DNA from: Octopus vulgaris
Lineage: Eukaryota
Length of the DNA stretch: 64,000 bases
Direction of reading: 5' to 3'
NCBI GenBank assembly: GCA_951406725.2
Contig: OX597840.1
Coordinates: 9,982,001-10,046,000, forward strand
The notes under the pieces were generated by a model that did no database searches, had not been told where the DNA came from, and worked only from the letters and a program-made list of their open reading frames with translations. This document shows, piece by piece, positions 28,663-42,657 of this stretch (positions within the stretch are counted from its first letter, which is position 1; every line of letters starts with the position of its first letter). Made by a program: the position numbers and the translations under genes.

Positions 28663-28817
28663 CCGACCTCCACCGGTAATTATAGCGTAAAAGTAGTAAT
28701 ACAACATCTTCCGTATATTGTTGTGGCAAGCGACCAGATCTTCAGCTTGTCATGTGACTTCCGCAGCACTACACAGACAGCAGCCATTTTAGGACCAGAC
28801 CTTATACATATTGTAGG
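28663..28817 (+). CDS. ZP-domain membrane protein, exon B (ZP-N end)
   Basis: ttcatctgcag| ... GG|gtaagt. Encodes PTSTGNYSVKVVIQHLPYIVVASDQIFSLSCDF..., matching the ZP-N VVIQ..IV...D..F...C.F pattern, phase 0 to 2. Confidence 0.92.
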
Positions 28818-28892
28818 GTAAGTAACTAAAATCTTCACCTGTGTTTTCGTTTCTAAACTGCAGAACAATTATATTATTGCTGTTGGTGTTGT

Positions 28893-29670
28893 TGTCGTCG
28901 TCGTCTTCTTCTTCTTCTTCTTCTTCTCCTTCTTCTTCTTTTCCTCCTCCTCCTCCTCCTCCTCCTTCTTCTTCTTCTTCTTCTTCTTCTTCTTCTTCTT
29001 CTTCTTCTTCTTCCTTTTCTCCTCCTCCTCCTCCTCCTCCTCCTTCTTCTTCTTCTTCTTCTTCTTCTTCTTCTTCCTTTTCTCCTCCTCCTCCTTCCTC
29101 TCCTCCTTCTTTTTCTTCTTCTTTTTCTCCTCCTCCCTCTTCTTCTTTTTCTCCTCCTCCTCCTCCTTCCTCTCCTTCTTCTTCTTCTTCTTCTCCTTCT
29201 TCTTCTTTTCCTCCTCCTCCTCCTCCTTCCTTTTCTCCTCCTCCTCCTTCTTCTCCTCCTCCTTCTTCTTCTTCTTCTTCTTTTTCTCCTCCTCCTCCTT
29301 CCTCTCCTTCTTCTTCTTCTTCTTCTTCTTCTCCTTCTTCTTCTTCTCCTCCTCCTCCTCCTCCTTCCTTTTCTCCTCCTCCTCCTTCTTCTTCTTCTTT
29401 TTCTCCTCCTCCTCCCGCTTCTTCTTTTTCTCCTTCCTCTTCTTCTTCTTCTTCTTCTTCTTTTTCTCCTCCTCCTCCTTCCTCTCCTTCTTCTTCCTCT
29501 TCTTCTTTTTCTCCTCCTCCTCCTTCCACTTCTTTTTCTCCTTTTTCTCCTCCTCTTCCTCCTTCTTCTTCTTTTTCTTGTCCTCCTCCACTTTCTTTTT
29601 CTCCTCCTCCTTCTTCTTCCCCTTCCTCTTCTTCTTCTTCTTCTTCTTCTTCTTCTTCTTCTTCTTCTTC
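28893..29670. repeat. Polypyrimidine (CTT/CCT)n compound trinucleotide tract (intronic)
   Basis: About 780 bp of almost only C/T on the + strand. Confidence 0.95.
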
Positions 29671-29787
29671 CAATCCGGACTCACACCATTGTCGGGTGCT
29701 CTGCAGGACGGCCATCTGCGCTGACCTCCGTCCCCTGGTCCAAACCATCGCAAATAATCTAATGACGTGTAATAATTACTGCTTTAG

Positions 29788-29924
29788 GAAACCCCCTGGA
29801 AATATTGCAATGGTCGACAAATCCAAAGGAAGCTTAACGGTCGTAGAAGATTCTTCAACGAGAATCAACCAAGATTTGCCACTTGGAAAATCAATCCGTC
29901 TTCAAGCAGAAGTCAACGGAACTG
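29788..29924 (+). CDS. ZP-domain membrane protein, exon C (linker and ZP-C start)
   Basis: tgctttag| ... G|gtaaat. Encodes KPPGNIAMVDKSKGSLTVVED...LPLGKSIRLQAEVNGT, phase 2 to 1. Confidence 0.9.
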
Positions 29925-29954
29925 GTAAATACTCGCAGACATTTTTTTGGTTTC

Positions 29955-30472
29955 ACCCACCACCACCACCACCACCACCACTACCGCCACTGCCGCCACC
30001 ACCACTACCACCACCGCCACTGCCGCCACCACCACCACCACCCACACCATCGCAACCACGATCTGTCATCTTCATCTCCACCACCACTGCCATCACCACC
30101 ACCACCATCACCACCACCACCACCACCACCACCACCACCACCACCACCACCACCAGCACAACCACCACCATCACCACCACCACCACCATCGCCACCACCA
30201 TCACCTCCACTACCACCACCACCACCACCACTACCAACACCACCAGCACAACCACCACCACACCACCACCACCACCACCCACCATCACCACCACCACTAC
30301 CATCGCCACCACCATCACCTCCACTACCACCACCACCACCACTACCAACACCACCAGCACAACCACCACCACCACCACCACCACCACCACCACCACCACC
30401 ACCACCACCACCACCACCACCACCACCACCACCACCACCATCGCCATCACCATCGCCAACATCACCGTCGCC
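29955..30472. repeat. (ACC)n compound trinucleotide tract (intronic)
   Basis: Imperfect CCA/ACC repeats with an internal ~117-bp duplication. Confidence 0.95.
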
Positions 30473-30510
30473 ATTGTTAATTTATTCTCCATTGCTCTTC
30501 TCTTTGACAG

Positions 30511-30595
30511 GAGCCGTAGGTGTTCACGTGACCAGTTGTAAAGTTTCACCAAGTCCCGGAAAACAACCGGTATTGGTCCTTCTTGATGAAATTGG
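30511..30595 (+). CDS. ZP-domain membrane protein, exon D
   Basis: ctctttgacag| ... GG|gtattg. Encodes GAVGVHVTSCKVSPSPGKQPVLVLLDEIG (ZP-C V..C....L.D..GC pattern), phase 1 to 2. Confidence 0.9.
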
Positions 30596-30779
30596 GTATT
30601 GTCCCTCCTTTCATCTTTATATTGACCCACCAATTTTACGCTTTATATTATATTTACTAGCAATTACATCACACACACACACACACATACAAACGCACGC
30701 ACGCACACACATACACACACATTCACACACATATTCTTGCATACACTCATGCACACGTACACACACACGCACAAAAATA

Positions 30780-31290
30780 CATACACACACAAACAGACAC
30801 ATACAACATACACACACAAACAGACACATACAACACACACACACAAATAGACACATACAACACACATACACAAACAGACACATACAACACACACACACAA
30901 ACAGACACATACAACACACACACACAAACAGACACATACAACACACATACACAAACAGACACATACAACACACACACACAAACAGACACATACAACACAC
31001 ACACACAAACAGACACATACAACACACACACACAAACAGACACATACAACACACACACACAAACAGACACATACAACACACACACACAAACAGACACATA
31101 CAACACACACACACAAACAGACACATACAACACACACACACAAACAGACACATACAACATACACACACGCATTCACACACATTATTGCACACACTCATGC
31201 ACACGTACACACACACACGCACAAAAATACATACACACTCAAACAGACACATACAACACACACACACAAACAGACACATACAACATACAC
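30780..31290. repeat. 24-bp CA-rich minisatellite (ACACACACAAACAGACACATACAA)n (intronic)
   Basis: More than 15 tandem units. Confidence 0.9.
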
Positions 31291-31457
31291 ACATATTCAC
31301 ACGCATATTCTTGCACACACTAATGCTTACGTACACACACACACACAAAAGTACATACACACACATACAGACACATACAGACACATACAGATATAATATA
31401 CACACGTGCTCGCGCACTCATAGACATATAATATAAAATGTTTCGAAATTTTTGCAG

Positions 31458-31626
31458 TTGTTCCACAGATCTTCAGATCCTGGAAGGATTTCACGGCATC
31501 AACAAAGACGGTTCCATCGCGCAGACCAATTTGTTCCAGGTGTTCAAATTCACTACCAGCAATACGCTTTACTTCACCTGTAAATTGGATTTTTGTTATG
31601 TCCACGGAGATCCATTTTGTTCTGGG
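31458..31626 (+). CDS. ZP-domain membrane protein, exon E (ZP-C end)
   Basis: tttttgcag| ... GGG|gtaagc. Encodes [11 protein letters not shown]...[22 protein letters not shown]...DPFCSG, the hallmark ZP-C F..FKF......F.C....C motif, phase 2 to 0. Confidence 0.95.
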
Positions 31627-31715
31627 GTAAGCATAAACAACGAGGAAGCGCTGAGATAACACACACACGCACAGAAACACACACACACAAACATACCACA
31701 CACGCATACACACAC

Positions 31716-31755
<40 letters not shown>

Positions 31756-31835
31756 ACACACACAAGTTAAGCAAGTCGATCTACAGAAAATATTAAATAT
31801 GTTTAATATAAAGTGTATATAAAGTGTATGTATAT

Positions 31836-32316
<481 letters not shown>

Positions 32317-32449
32317 ATAGGTGCAGGAATACAAAAACGTACATGGGCGCAGGAGTGGCTGTATGGTAAGTTGCTTGTTTACCAATCACATGGTTCCGAG
32401 TTCAGTCCCCCTGTGTGGTACCTTGGGCAAGTCCCTTCTACCATAGCCT

Positions 32450-32541
32450 CGGACAACTACTTATGATGTGGGTGATATCTTCAGTGAGAACTCCACAAAG
32501 TCTGCATAGGTTGTTATAATTCACGGCTTTTCTTACATCTC
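32450..32541 (-). mobile_element. R4/Dong-like LINE fragment (zinc knuckle)
   Basis: NNLCRLCGVLTEDITHIISSCP (CxxC-x8-H-x4-C) adjacent to a long (ATAC)n. Confidence 0.6.
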
Positions 32542-33729
32542 TATACCTCTTGTGCATCAGGTATGTATGTATGTATGTATGTATGTATGTATGTATGTAT
32601 GCATGTATGTATGTATGTATGTATGTATGTATGTATGTATGTATGTATGTATGTATGTATGTATGTATGTATGTATGTATGTATGTATGTATGTATGTAT
32701 GTATGTATGTATGTATGTATGTATGTATGTATGTATGTATGTATGTATGTGTATGTATGTATGAATGTATGTGTGTATGTATGTATGAATGTATGTGTAT
32801 GTATGTATGTGTATATGTGTATGTATGTATGTGTATATGTGTATGTATGTATGTGTATATGTGTATGTATGTATGTATGTATGTATGTATGAATGTATGT
32901 ATGTATGTGTATATGTGTATGTATGTATGTATGTATGTATGTATGTATGTGTACATGTGTATGTATGTATGTGTATATGTGTATGTATGTATGTATGAAT
33001 GTATGTATGTATGTATGTGTATATGTGTATGTATGTATGTATGTGTATATGTATGTATGCATGTATGTATGTATGTGTATATGTGTATGTATGTATGTGT
33101 ATATGTATGTATGAATGTATGTATGTATGTATGTATGTATGTATGTATATATGTATGTATGTATTTTCAATTATGTTTACCTGCATTATTATCTCTATAT
33201 ATGAAAAAATATAAGAGACATTAACTGAAAAGTTTTTATGAAAATAACAGATCTTTTCAAAACTAACACAATCACGTGTGAAATAAATTGAAAGGAAACA
33301 TCGACACACGATGCTGTAAGTATAAGAGTGGAAACCGGTTCGGAATAAAATGTGGCAACCTTTTGTGTGAGAATAGAACTGTTGTACTTCAAATATAAGC
33401 ATAAGGTTGGATTATCTTTTACGTGAAGACAGAATTCTAAATTTTAAATCTATTTATCGATATTTTTTACGTAATAGAAAAACTCTGCAAAATTTTCTCA
33501 TTGTGAAAGTTAAAAAGTATTACAAATATTTTACTAAAAATACGTTGATTTTTTCTGTGAATTAAAAAAAAATTGTTGCATGATTTTTGTTTGTGAAACT
33601 GTTTTCTTTTTCATTTTTAAAAATTTCCTTCAGAACTATTTTCGTCTCATTTTTACTAAAACATCTGCGAATATAAAAACAGCTTGGAGCATTTTTAATT
33701 CACTATTGTTATTTTATACCCCTCCACAA

Positions 33730-33858
<129 letters not shown>

Positions 33859-33919
33859 ACGGGAAGCTTTATGAAAATAGACAAAAGACGAAGGCAGGTG
33901 GAAAACAAACAAACAATTG

Positions 33920-33972
<53 letters not shown>

Positions 33973-33981
33973 TATATATAA

Positions 33982-35345
33982 AGGGTGCGATGAATAAACT
34001 GTCGTTCAAATTACGCAAGAATGAAAATAACATTGACGTCACATTTTAACATATATTTACCAAAATTACATAAAAATATCTTGAAATACTAAACAGTAAA
34101 TATATTCAACAAAATCGCCATTGGCTTTAGCCATGGCCCCCAGACGACTTTGGAAACACCTGCAGCTCTACTGGACGGTCTCGTTGTTTAATTTGGTGAA
34201 TGCTGCCATAATCCTTGCCTTCACTTCATCACTAGAAATACCATGATGTTGACTGGATGTTTGATTTTTATCGTTCTCGGTACATGTTTTGGGTACACGG
34301 CAATCCAACGGTTGTTCTGAGTGTTCACCATCAGATCCTGGCGGAAATTTTTCTCGTCTTAGAAAACCCAAAGCATGTTCGGTTGGAAGGGATGCTTGGG
34401 TTTGTTCAAAAGCTTTGTAGCGTGGCCTTTCCTCTTGTCCTTGATGGCTTGGGATAAAAATTAGCCCTTTCTCACCTTCTATGAAGAAAAGCGAATGTCT
34501 TCATGCACTACCTTCCTGATAAAAAAACTCAGACACTCCTATGTCCCTGGCGATAGACCTGATTGACTTGGAGGGATCGTTGTCAATCATGGCCTGGATT
34601 TCACAACAAATTCAGGAGTTCTTTTCTTATCAGAACGATCAGAGTGAGTTTTCCGAGCTGCCGTACCTTCGTAATGACCACTAGACTCATCTATTTCTTT
34701 CCGAATCCTCTGCGCTGTCATCCAAACTCTGATTGACATCCAAACACTCTAAAATGTTCGTATTGGAGCTTCGGTACGAATGCCAAGCAATACAGCATGT
34801 CGTTTCCAAATCTCTGGCAGAGTGAATTGCATCATGATGCTGTTTTTCTCACAGACGGTGCCCAAATGACCCCACAATACTGTGTAGTCGACAAACTCAA
34901 AATTGCATCATGATGCTGTTTTTCTCACAGACGGTGCCCAACCGACCCCACTATACTGTGTAGTCGACAAAATCAAAATTGCGTCATGATGCTGTTTTTC
35001 TCACAGACGGTGCCCAACCGACCCCACTATACTGTGTAGTCGACAAAATCAAAATTGCGTCATGATGCTGTTTTTCTCACAGACGGTGCCCAACCGACCC
35101 CACTATACTGTGTAGTCGACAAAATCAAAATTGCGTCATGATGCTGTTTTTCAAACAGACGGTGCCCAACCGACCCCACTATACTGTGTAGTCGACAAAA
35201 TCAAAATTACGTCATGATGCTGTTTTTCTCACAGACGGTGCCCAACCGACCCCACTATACTGTGTAGTCGACAAAATCACAAGCAAACAAAGTGGATGCG
35301 CGAAATTGAAAACATGAAATGGCGACAGTTTACCCATCCCACCCT
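33982..35345 (-). mobile_element. Tc1/mariner-superfamily (maT/DD37D-like) element, internally deleted, TA-flanked
   Basis: TIRs AGGGTGCGATGAATAAACTGTCG / CGACAGTTTACCCATCCCACCCT. N-terminal MMQFTLPEIWKRHAVLLGIR and C-terminal ..KARIMAAFTKLNNETV..CRCFQSRLGAMAKANGDFVE. Confidence 0.8.
34825..35279. repeat. 76-bp tandem repeat x6 inside the maT-like element
   Basis: Unit AATTGCGTCATGATGCTGTTTTTCTCACAGACGGTGCCCAACCGACCCCACTATACTGTGTAGTCGACAAAATCAA at about 34825, 34901, 34977, 35053, 35129 and 35205. Confidence 0.95.
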
Positions 35346-35634
35346 ATATATATCAATTACAGCGTAGAAGACTCTTATTAACTATTCAAACAAAACCGTT
35401 TACTTCGCTTCAACATTTACTACATTTTCGACACCAAATAATAAATATTTAAGTGAAGTTAACGGCCTTTGTATATTTTTGAAGGACAACCTTGTGTCTT
35501 TCACGCTGTGGTTGTTTTACTTTCATCATAAAAACGATGAAACGACTTGTCAAACAACACCTTCAAAACATATCCTACACACACACACAAACACACAGCA
35601 ATACACACGCAGATTGTATAGCTTTTGTATACAA

Positions 35635-36700
<1,066 letters not shown>

Positions 36701-36730
36701 ATATGTTTTTTTTTTTTTTTTTCCGTACAG

Positions 36731-36848
36731 AATCATTGTCGGTCAGAAGAGCAGAGAAGAGTCAGACGTGAGAGTCACAACGTTACGAAGACGGATGAAA
36801 ATTATATTTCAACATTTGTGCGTGTGTCCGTGCAACCCAAGGCTAGTG
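36731..36848 (+). CDS. ZP-domain membrane protein, exon F (furin site and EHP)
   Basis: tttttccgtacag| ... G|gtgaga. Encodes NHCRSEEQRRVRRESHNV...YISTFVRVSVQPKAS, phase 0 to 1. Confidence 0.9.
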
Positions 36849-36869
36849 GTGAGACACACACACACACAC

Positions 36870-36924
<55 letters not shown>

Positions 36925-37880
36925 TACATGTGTATATAAATATCTATATTTAAACTGTAGAAATATATGTACGTATAGTACATAGTATATATATATATAT
37001 ATATATATGTACTATAATATTTATTAGTATTGTTTGTTACACACACACACACACACACATATATATACGTGTGTGTATGTGTGTGTATATATATACATTA
37101 TAATTTATATCACATATACACAGTACATATCTGTTCAACACGAACTCATAACTACGATATGATATATATAATATATATATATATATAATATTATATATAT
37201 ATTATATATATTATATATATAATATTATATAATATATATTATATATATTATATATTTATATATATAATATTATATAATATATATTATATATATTATATAT
37301 ATATATATATAATATTATATATATATATGCATATATGGGTACAGGACGTCACCAACAATAAACAACATGAAATACGAAAACAAATGGGTTAAATACGCAA
37401 ATAACGAGTGTAAAAATGGAACACAGGGCAAATAGCATTAAGAATAGAAAGAAGGGCCCTTCATCTGTTGTCGGCTGTCTCTCTACTCCTTATATCGATA
37501 CTTCCATACATACACACAAACACACACATATTTAAGCATACATATATTGTCATGGTGTTTCTGTTATGGAACAATTATGCGATTCCAGTGCCCACTGTTC
37601 ACACTACAGATGTTGACAATAACAAAGGCTGTATCAGGCTGCATCGCATTTTCAGATACCGTGAAGAATTCCATTGGATACTTTAAGAATTTGGCCAATC
37701 TTCAGCTCTGGACTTCGACTTTACTTTACTTTTTTTACTATAGTGACGAGCTAGAAATAGCAGTCAAACCCCTTTGAAAGAGATCAGGCGACAACAGACG
37801 GGATATTCATTGGTTAAATATTGTGACTAAATAAAAGATGGACAGTTTTTATTATTAACTTGAATAATAGCAACAACGAC

Positions 37881-38260
37881 AGGAGGCGCAATGGCCCAGT
37901 GGTTAGGGCAGCAGACTCGCGGTCGGAGGATCGCGGTTTCGATTCCCAGACCGGGCGTTGCGTGTGTTTATTGAGCGAAAGCACCTAAAGTTCCACGAGG
38001 CTCCGGCAGGGGTGGTGGTGACGACCCCTGTTGTACTATTTCGCTCCAACTTTCTCTCACTCTTTCTTCTTGTTTCTTGTCCCTGACTTCCTACGCAACC
38101 GCTGAGCCTGGATGCGCATTCATCCATCCGTCGATGCTCTCGGTGTCGGGGGGTGTTGACCTGCTTTCTCCTCTGCAGGTCTTACGAATAGCTAAGGACC
38201 ACGTTTCGGACTTCTCCCACTGGGACGGAGACCGCTTCGCTCAACAAACAAACAAACAAG
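37881..38260 (+). mobile_element. SINE family C (tRNA-derived) with an (ACAA)n tail, intronic
   Basis: GGAGGCGCAATGGCCCAGTGGTTAGGGCAGC..GGTTTCGATTCCCAGACCGGGCG. Confidence 0.8.
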
Positions 38261-38352
38261 CAACAAGAACGGCGATGACGACAACAACAACTGCAACAAC
38301 AACACAGTTTTGAATGCTCTTTATTTTATTTTTATTTGTTTTTTTTTTCTAG

Positions 38353-38675
38353 CACAAACCGCCTCTGAATCGAGATTCGAAACCTTATGTGTCAGCTCCA
38401 AAATCTTCGTACTAACCACAGCAATCCTCAGTGCATTCTTAATTCTGACTTTGATCTTAACCTTCTCCTTGTGCGCTCGCGTGACTCGAAGAGGTTCAAA
38501 GCATGTTCATTCTTCCCGTTCTCCAAAACCAATTCAACCGTCTCTAAACCTTGGCCAAAGGTCGGCAGCAACTTCTTCTCGAGATCTCGGTCATCGGTTA
38601 GCACCACAATCGCGCGGGGTCAGAATGCCAGCCGTCTCAGCACAGACTTCACAAACAGAGATAAACTCACAGTGA
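38353..38675 (+). CDS. ZP-domain membrane protein, terminal exon G (TM helix and cytoplasmic tail)
   Basis: tttttttctag| phase 1. Encodes ..TLCVSSKIFVLTTAILSAFLILTLILTFSLCARVTRR..EINSQ, ending at TGA. Confidence 0.9.
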
Positions 38676-38687
38676 CATAAATATATG

Positions 38688-38790
38688 AATAAATATTTGA
38701 AACATGGAAAGGCGAAGCTCAGAGCAGTGAAAGAAGGAAGTCCCAACTTTTAATAAAAGAATATCTACTTTTAATAAAAGAATATCTAAA
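38688..38790 (+). terminator. Candidate polyadenylation signals of the ZP gene
   Basis: AATAAA at about 38688, 38752 and 38773. The last two lie in a 21-bp tandem duplication and are followed by T/GT-rich sequence. Confidence 0.45.
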
Positions 38791-38913
38791 AAATCTCGTT
38801 TTTGCATTTGGTTTGCATAATTCTAGGTGAGAACTAGGGTGCACAAACACATTTTGTTGTATCTTGGGAGGGTAATTACGCCAGTTAGAAACACACGCAC
38901 TGGTTCTATATCA

Positions 38914-39327
38914 CTTACTCTTTTACTCTTTCACTTGTTTCAGTCATTTGACTGCGGCCATGCTGGAGCACCGCCTTTAGTCGAGCAAATCGACCCCGGG
39001 ACTTATTCTTTGTAAGCCCAGTACTTATTTTATCGGTCTCTTTTGCCGAACCGCTAAGTGACGGGGACGTAAACACATCAGCATCGGTTGTCAAGCAATG
39101 CTAGAGGGACAAACACACACACACCCAAACACACACATACATATACATATCTATACGTATATACAACAGGCTTCTTTCAGTTTCCGTCTACCAAATCCAC
39201 TCACAAGGCTTTGGTCGGCCTGGAGCTATAGCAGAAGACACTTGCCCAAGATGCCACGCAGTGGGACTGAACCCGGAACCATGTGGTTGGTTAGCAAGCT
39301 ACTTACCACGCAGCCCCACCTGCGCCT
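38914..39327 (-). mobile_element. SINE family A, full length
   Basis: Reverse complement of family A. Confidence 0.9.
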
Positions 39328-40107
39328 CAGTTGGTTATTTATTTAACCAATCACTTAATCGATCTCTTTCCTAATCACAGGGCACTGGTGGGGTCGCAAA
39401 AGGCAACGAAAGGGATTTGACAGACAAATGAAGAATTGTTTAATCAACTGATTAAGCAAAAGATCGATTAGTCAGTTGGTTAAATAACAAACTAAATTTG
39501 CAATAGTAAAGAAGTGAAATTGAAACAAAGATACAACAAAGCTCCACTACATGTATTGAGTGCTTTATATTCCTCGTATTTATAAACCCAAGCCATAAAT
39601 CAATGTGTGAATAATATATTATCCGCAATGCACTTGGAATATAATTTTATTCACCATAAATCATTAATCATATTGTTGCTGTCATGTCTGCCTACACAAA
39701 ATAGTTTTACTGACAGACGAACCAACTTACAGAATTGTAGAAATAATAGCATTTTCGATGCTGCCAAAATCTCTTCAGTTGATATGGTAACGAAGATAAC
39801 ACTTAGAAAGACATCATCATTTAAGACATTTTATAACTAAATGGCGGATAATCACTTTTTCATCTACTATGTATGTATGTATGTATGTATGTATGTATGT
39901 ATGTATGTATGTATGTATGTATGTATGTATGTATGTATATATGTATGTATGTATGTATATATGTATGTATGTATGTACGTATGTATATATGTATGTATGT
40001 ATGTATGTATATACATATGTATGTGCATATACATATGTATGTGCATATATATATATATACATAAATATATACATATATATGTATATACATATATGTGTAT
40101 ATACATG

Positions 40108-40178
<71 letters not shown>

Positions 40179-40518
40179 ATGTATCTGTATGCGCATATAT
40201 ATGTGTGTGAGTGTGAGCATGTGTGTATATAAATATATGCACATATACATGTGTATTTATGTCTATATATATCTGTATATATATATATGTATGTATATAC
40301 ATATATATATATATATATATATGTATATGTATATGCATACACATATACATATATATACGTATATATATATATACACATATATACGTATATATATATATAT
40401 ACATATATATATACACATATATACATATATATATATATATATATGCATACATACATACATACATGCATACATACATACATACATACATACATACATACAT
40501 ACATACATACATACATAC

Positions 40519-40587
<69 letters not shown>

Positions 40588-41074
40588 AATCCTAAACCTG
40601 CCTGCATGGTTCATGCTTTGAATTGCCATTAACCTTACTATTTGCTAGTAATATCTTTATATATATTTATAAATTATTCACTTAGTTCATTTTCGGAATG
40701 CACCGTCGGCCTTCGCATGAACAAGCAAGCATAATGAGGTGAGTATCTGTGAATTTAGCTTCTTGTGCAATAGACTTGGCTGAAGAAGCACAAGTGTCCC
40801 TCGGCACAAATCTCAGAATCGATACTAAGCTATCTACCATCCTGTTTGCGAACTTCGCGGATGTAAGAACTATAATTTGTATTCACCGCCCGCTTTTAAC
40901 CATGGTTCTTTTTCTGTGAGCTCTTTGTGGCTCAGGAGTTAATTTGACACCTATTTCTAGCGAAACTGGTATCTTTCCAGTACCATAATTATATTATATG
41001 ATGTTATATTATATTATATTACGGAGATGTACTTACATGGCTAGTGACCTGATCTGAGATCGTGTGCTGGAACG

Positions 41075-41375
41075 AAAACAATTGCAGCGTGGAAGGTGTT
41101 TGTAAGCCATTTAAGAAACACACAAAAGCCGTTCGATTCACTTCAACATTTAAGTTTAATTTGTCAAAATATTTTCGTCGCTTTAAGACTGCGACCCGTT
41201 CACTGACAAAATTAGGGTTAAACATGCAGCTCGGAATTTCATCAGTGAACTGATCGCGGTCTCAAAGCGACGAAAATATTTTGACACAAATTAAACTTAA
41301 ATGTTGAAGTGAATCTAAAAGCTTTTGTGTATTTCTTAAATGGCTTATAAACACCTTCCACGCTGCAATTGTTTT
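41075..41375. repeat. Fold-back inverted repeat (about 133-bp arms), each arm carrying a hammerhead-like motif
   Basis: 41075-41207 is the approximate reverse complement of 41242-41375, next to TA-rich tracts. Confidence 0.9.
41160..41210 (-). ncRNA. Minimal hammerhead-like motif with G3-C8 swapped core (family HH3)
   Basis: TTTGTCA-GTGAAC-GG-GTCGC-agtcttaaa-GCGAC-GAAA-ATAT-T-T-TGACAAA: 7-bp stem I, 5-bp stem II, palindromic stem III loop. Confidence 0.65.
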
Positions 41376-41459
41376 TATATTATATTATATTATACTATAC
41401 TATATTATATTATATTATATTATATTATATTATATCATATATATATATATATTATATGC

Positions 41460-41493
<34 letters not shown>

Positions 41494-41589
41494 GCATATC
41501 TATCTATCTATATCTCTGTACACACACACACACACACATATATATATCCATACATGTATACACATAGAGACCTATATATATACATGAGT

Positions 41590-41630
<41 letters not shown>

Positions 41631-41809
41631 CATGCTTTCGGTACGAATGGTTTTAATATATGGCGTCATGTTTGTTTTACAGTCCTGTAAATAATAATAA
41701 TGGTACTTATATAATTTGAAAGCTTATGGCAATCACCGTGCAATGACTAAGGAAAATAGTTTAATAAAAGGACAAATATATATATACACACACACACACA
41801 TATATATAT

Positions 41810-42088
41810 AAGGCGAGCTGGCAGATACGTTAGTGCGCCGGGCGAAAAGCTTAGCGGTCTTTCGTCTGTCCTTGTTTGTCCTCTCTGTGGGTAGTAAAGA
41901 AATAGGTATTTCGTCTGCCGTTACGTTCTGAGTTCAAATTCCGCCGAGGTCGACTTTGCCTTTCATCCTTTCGGGGTCGATAAATAAAAGTACCAGTTTC
42001 GCACTGGGGTCGATATAATCGACTTAATCCCTTTGTCTGTCCTTGTTTGTCCCCTCTATGTTTAGCCCTTTGTGGGCAATAAAGAAAT
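41810..42088 (+). mobile_element. SINE family B (head, deleted unit and one full unit)
   Basis: Match to family B. Confidence 0.85.
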
Positions 42089-42104
42089 ATATATATATAT
42101 ATAT

Positions 42105-42189
<85 letters not shown>

Positions 42190-42657
42190 TATCCATACAT
42201 ATGTGTGTGTGTGTGTGTGTGTGTGTCATACCTATATATACAAATATATACGGTTATATAATTTACTTTTCCGCTAATGTAAGATCACCAAAATGTACCC
42301 GATCCGGTGAGAGATAAATATTGTTAATATACATAGTATATATTTATGAATCACTAACACTTTCATATAGTGGAAATATTTTGTAAACAGCTTTTATCAA
42401 CAAGCCGTCCGGAAGCAATCTTTTGGTTCAGAGTACAACGCCTATACAAATTACGAATTAGGGCAATATAACAAAGGAAATCAAGAGGAAAAAAAGCCCC
42501 AGAAAAATGTTACTGTGACAAAGGGAAGTGTGAAAAGACGAATAAAGAAAGAAAACAGAAAAAGTCATTTTTTCCTCTAGTTTCAGATCAGAGCTGTGAC
42601 CTTAGTATAACTGACACAAGATTTTTTTTACTACTGTCTGTACAAGATGCCAGTTTG

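Noticed and set aside
28789-31436. Long Ser/Pro, Glu/Gly, Lys, Thr and His-rich ORFs (up to 566 aa) resembling extensin or mucin
   Set aside because: They arise from intronic trinucleotide and minisatellite repeats open in most frames. Only the embedded exons (29788-29924 and 30511-30595) are real coding.
34825-35279. Regular 76-bp repeats as a CRISPR array
   Set aside because: The units are fully repeated with no unique spacers, there are no cas genes, and the context is a eukaryotic transposon.
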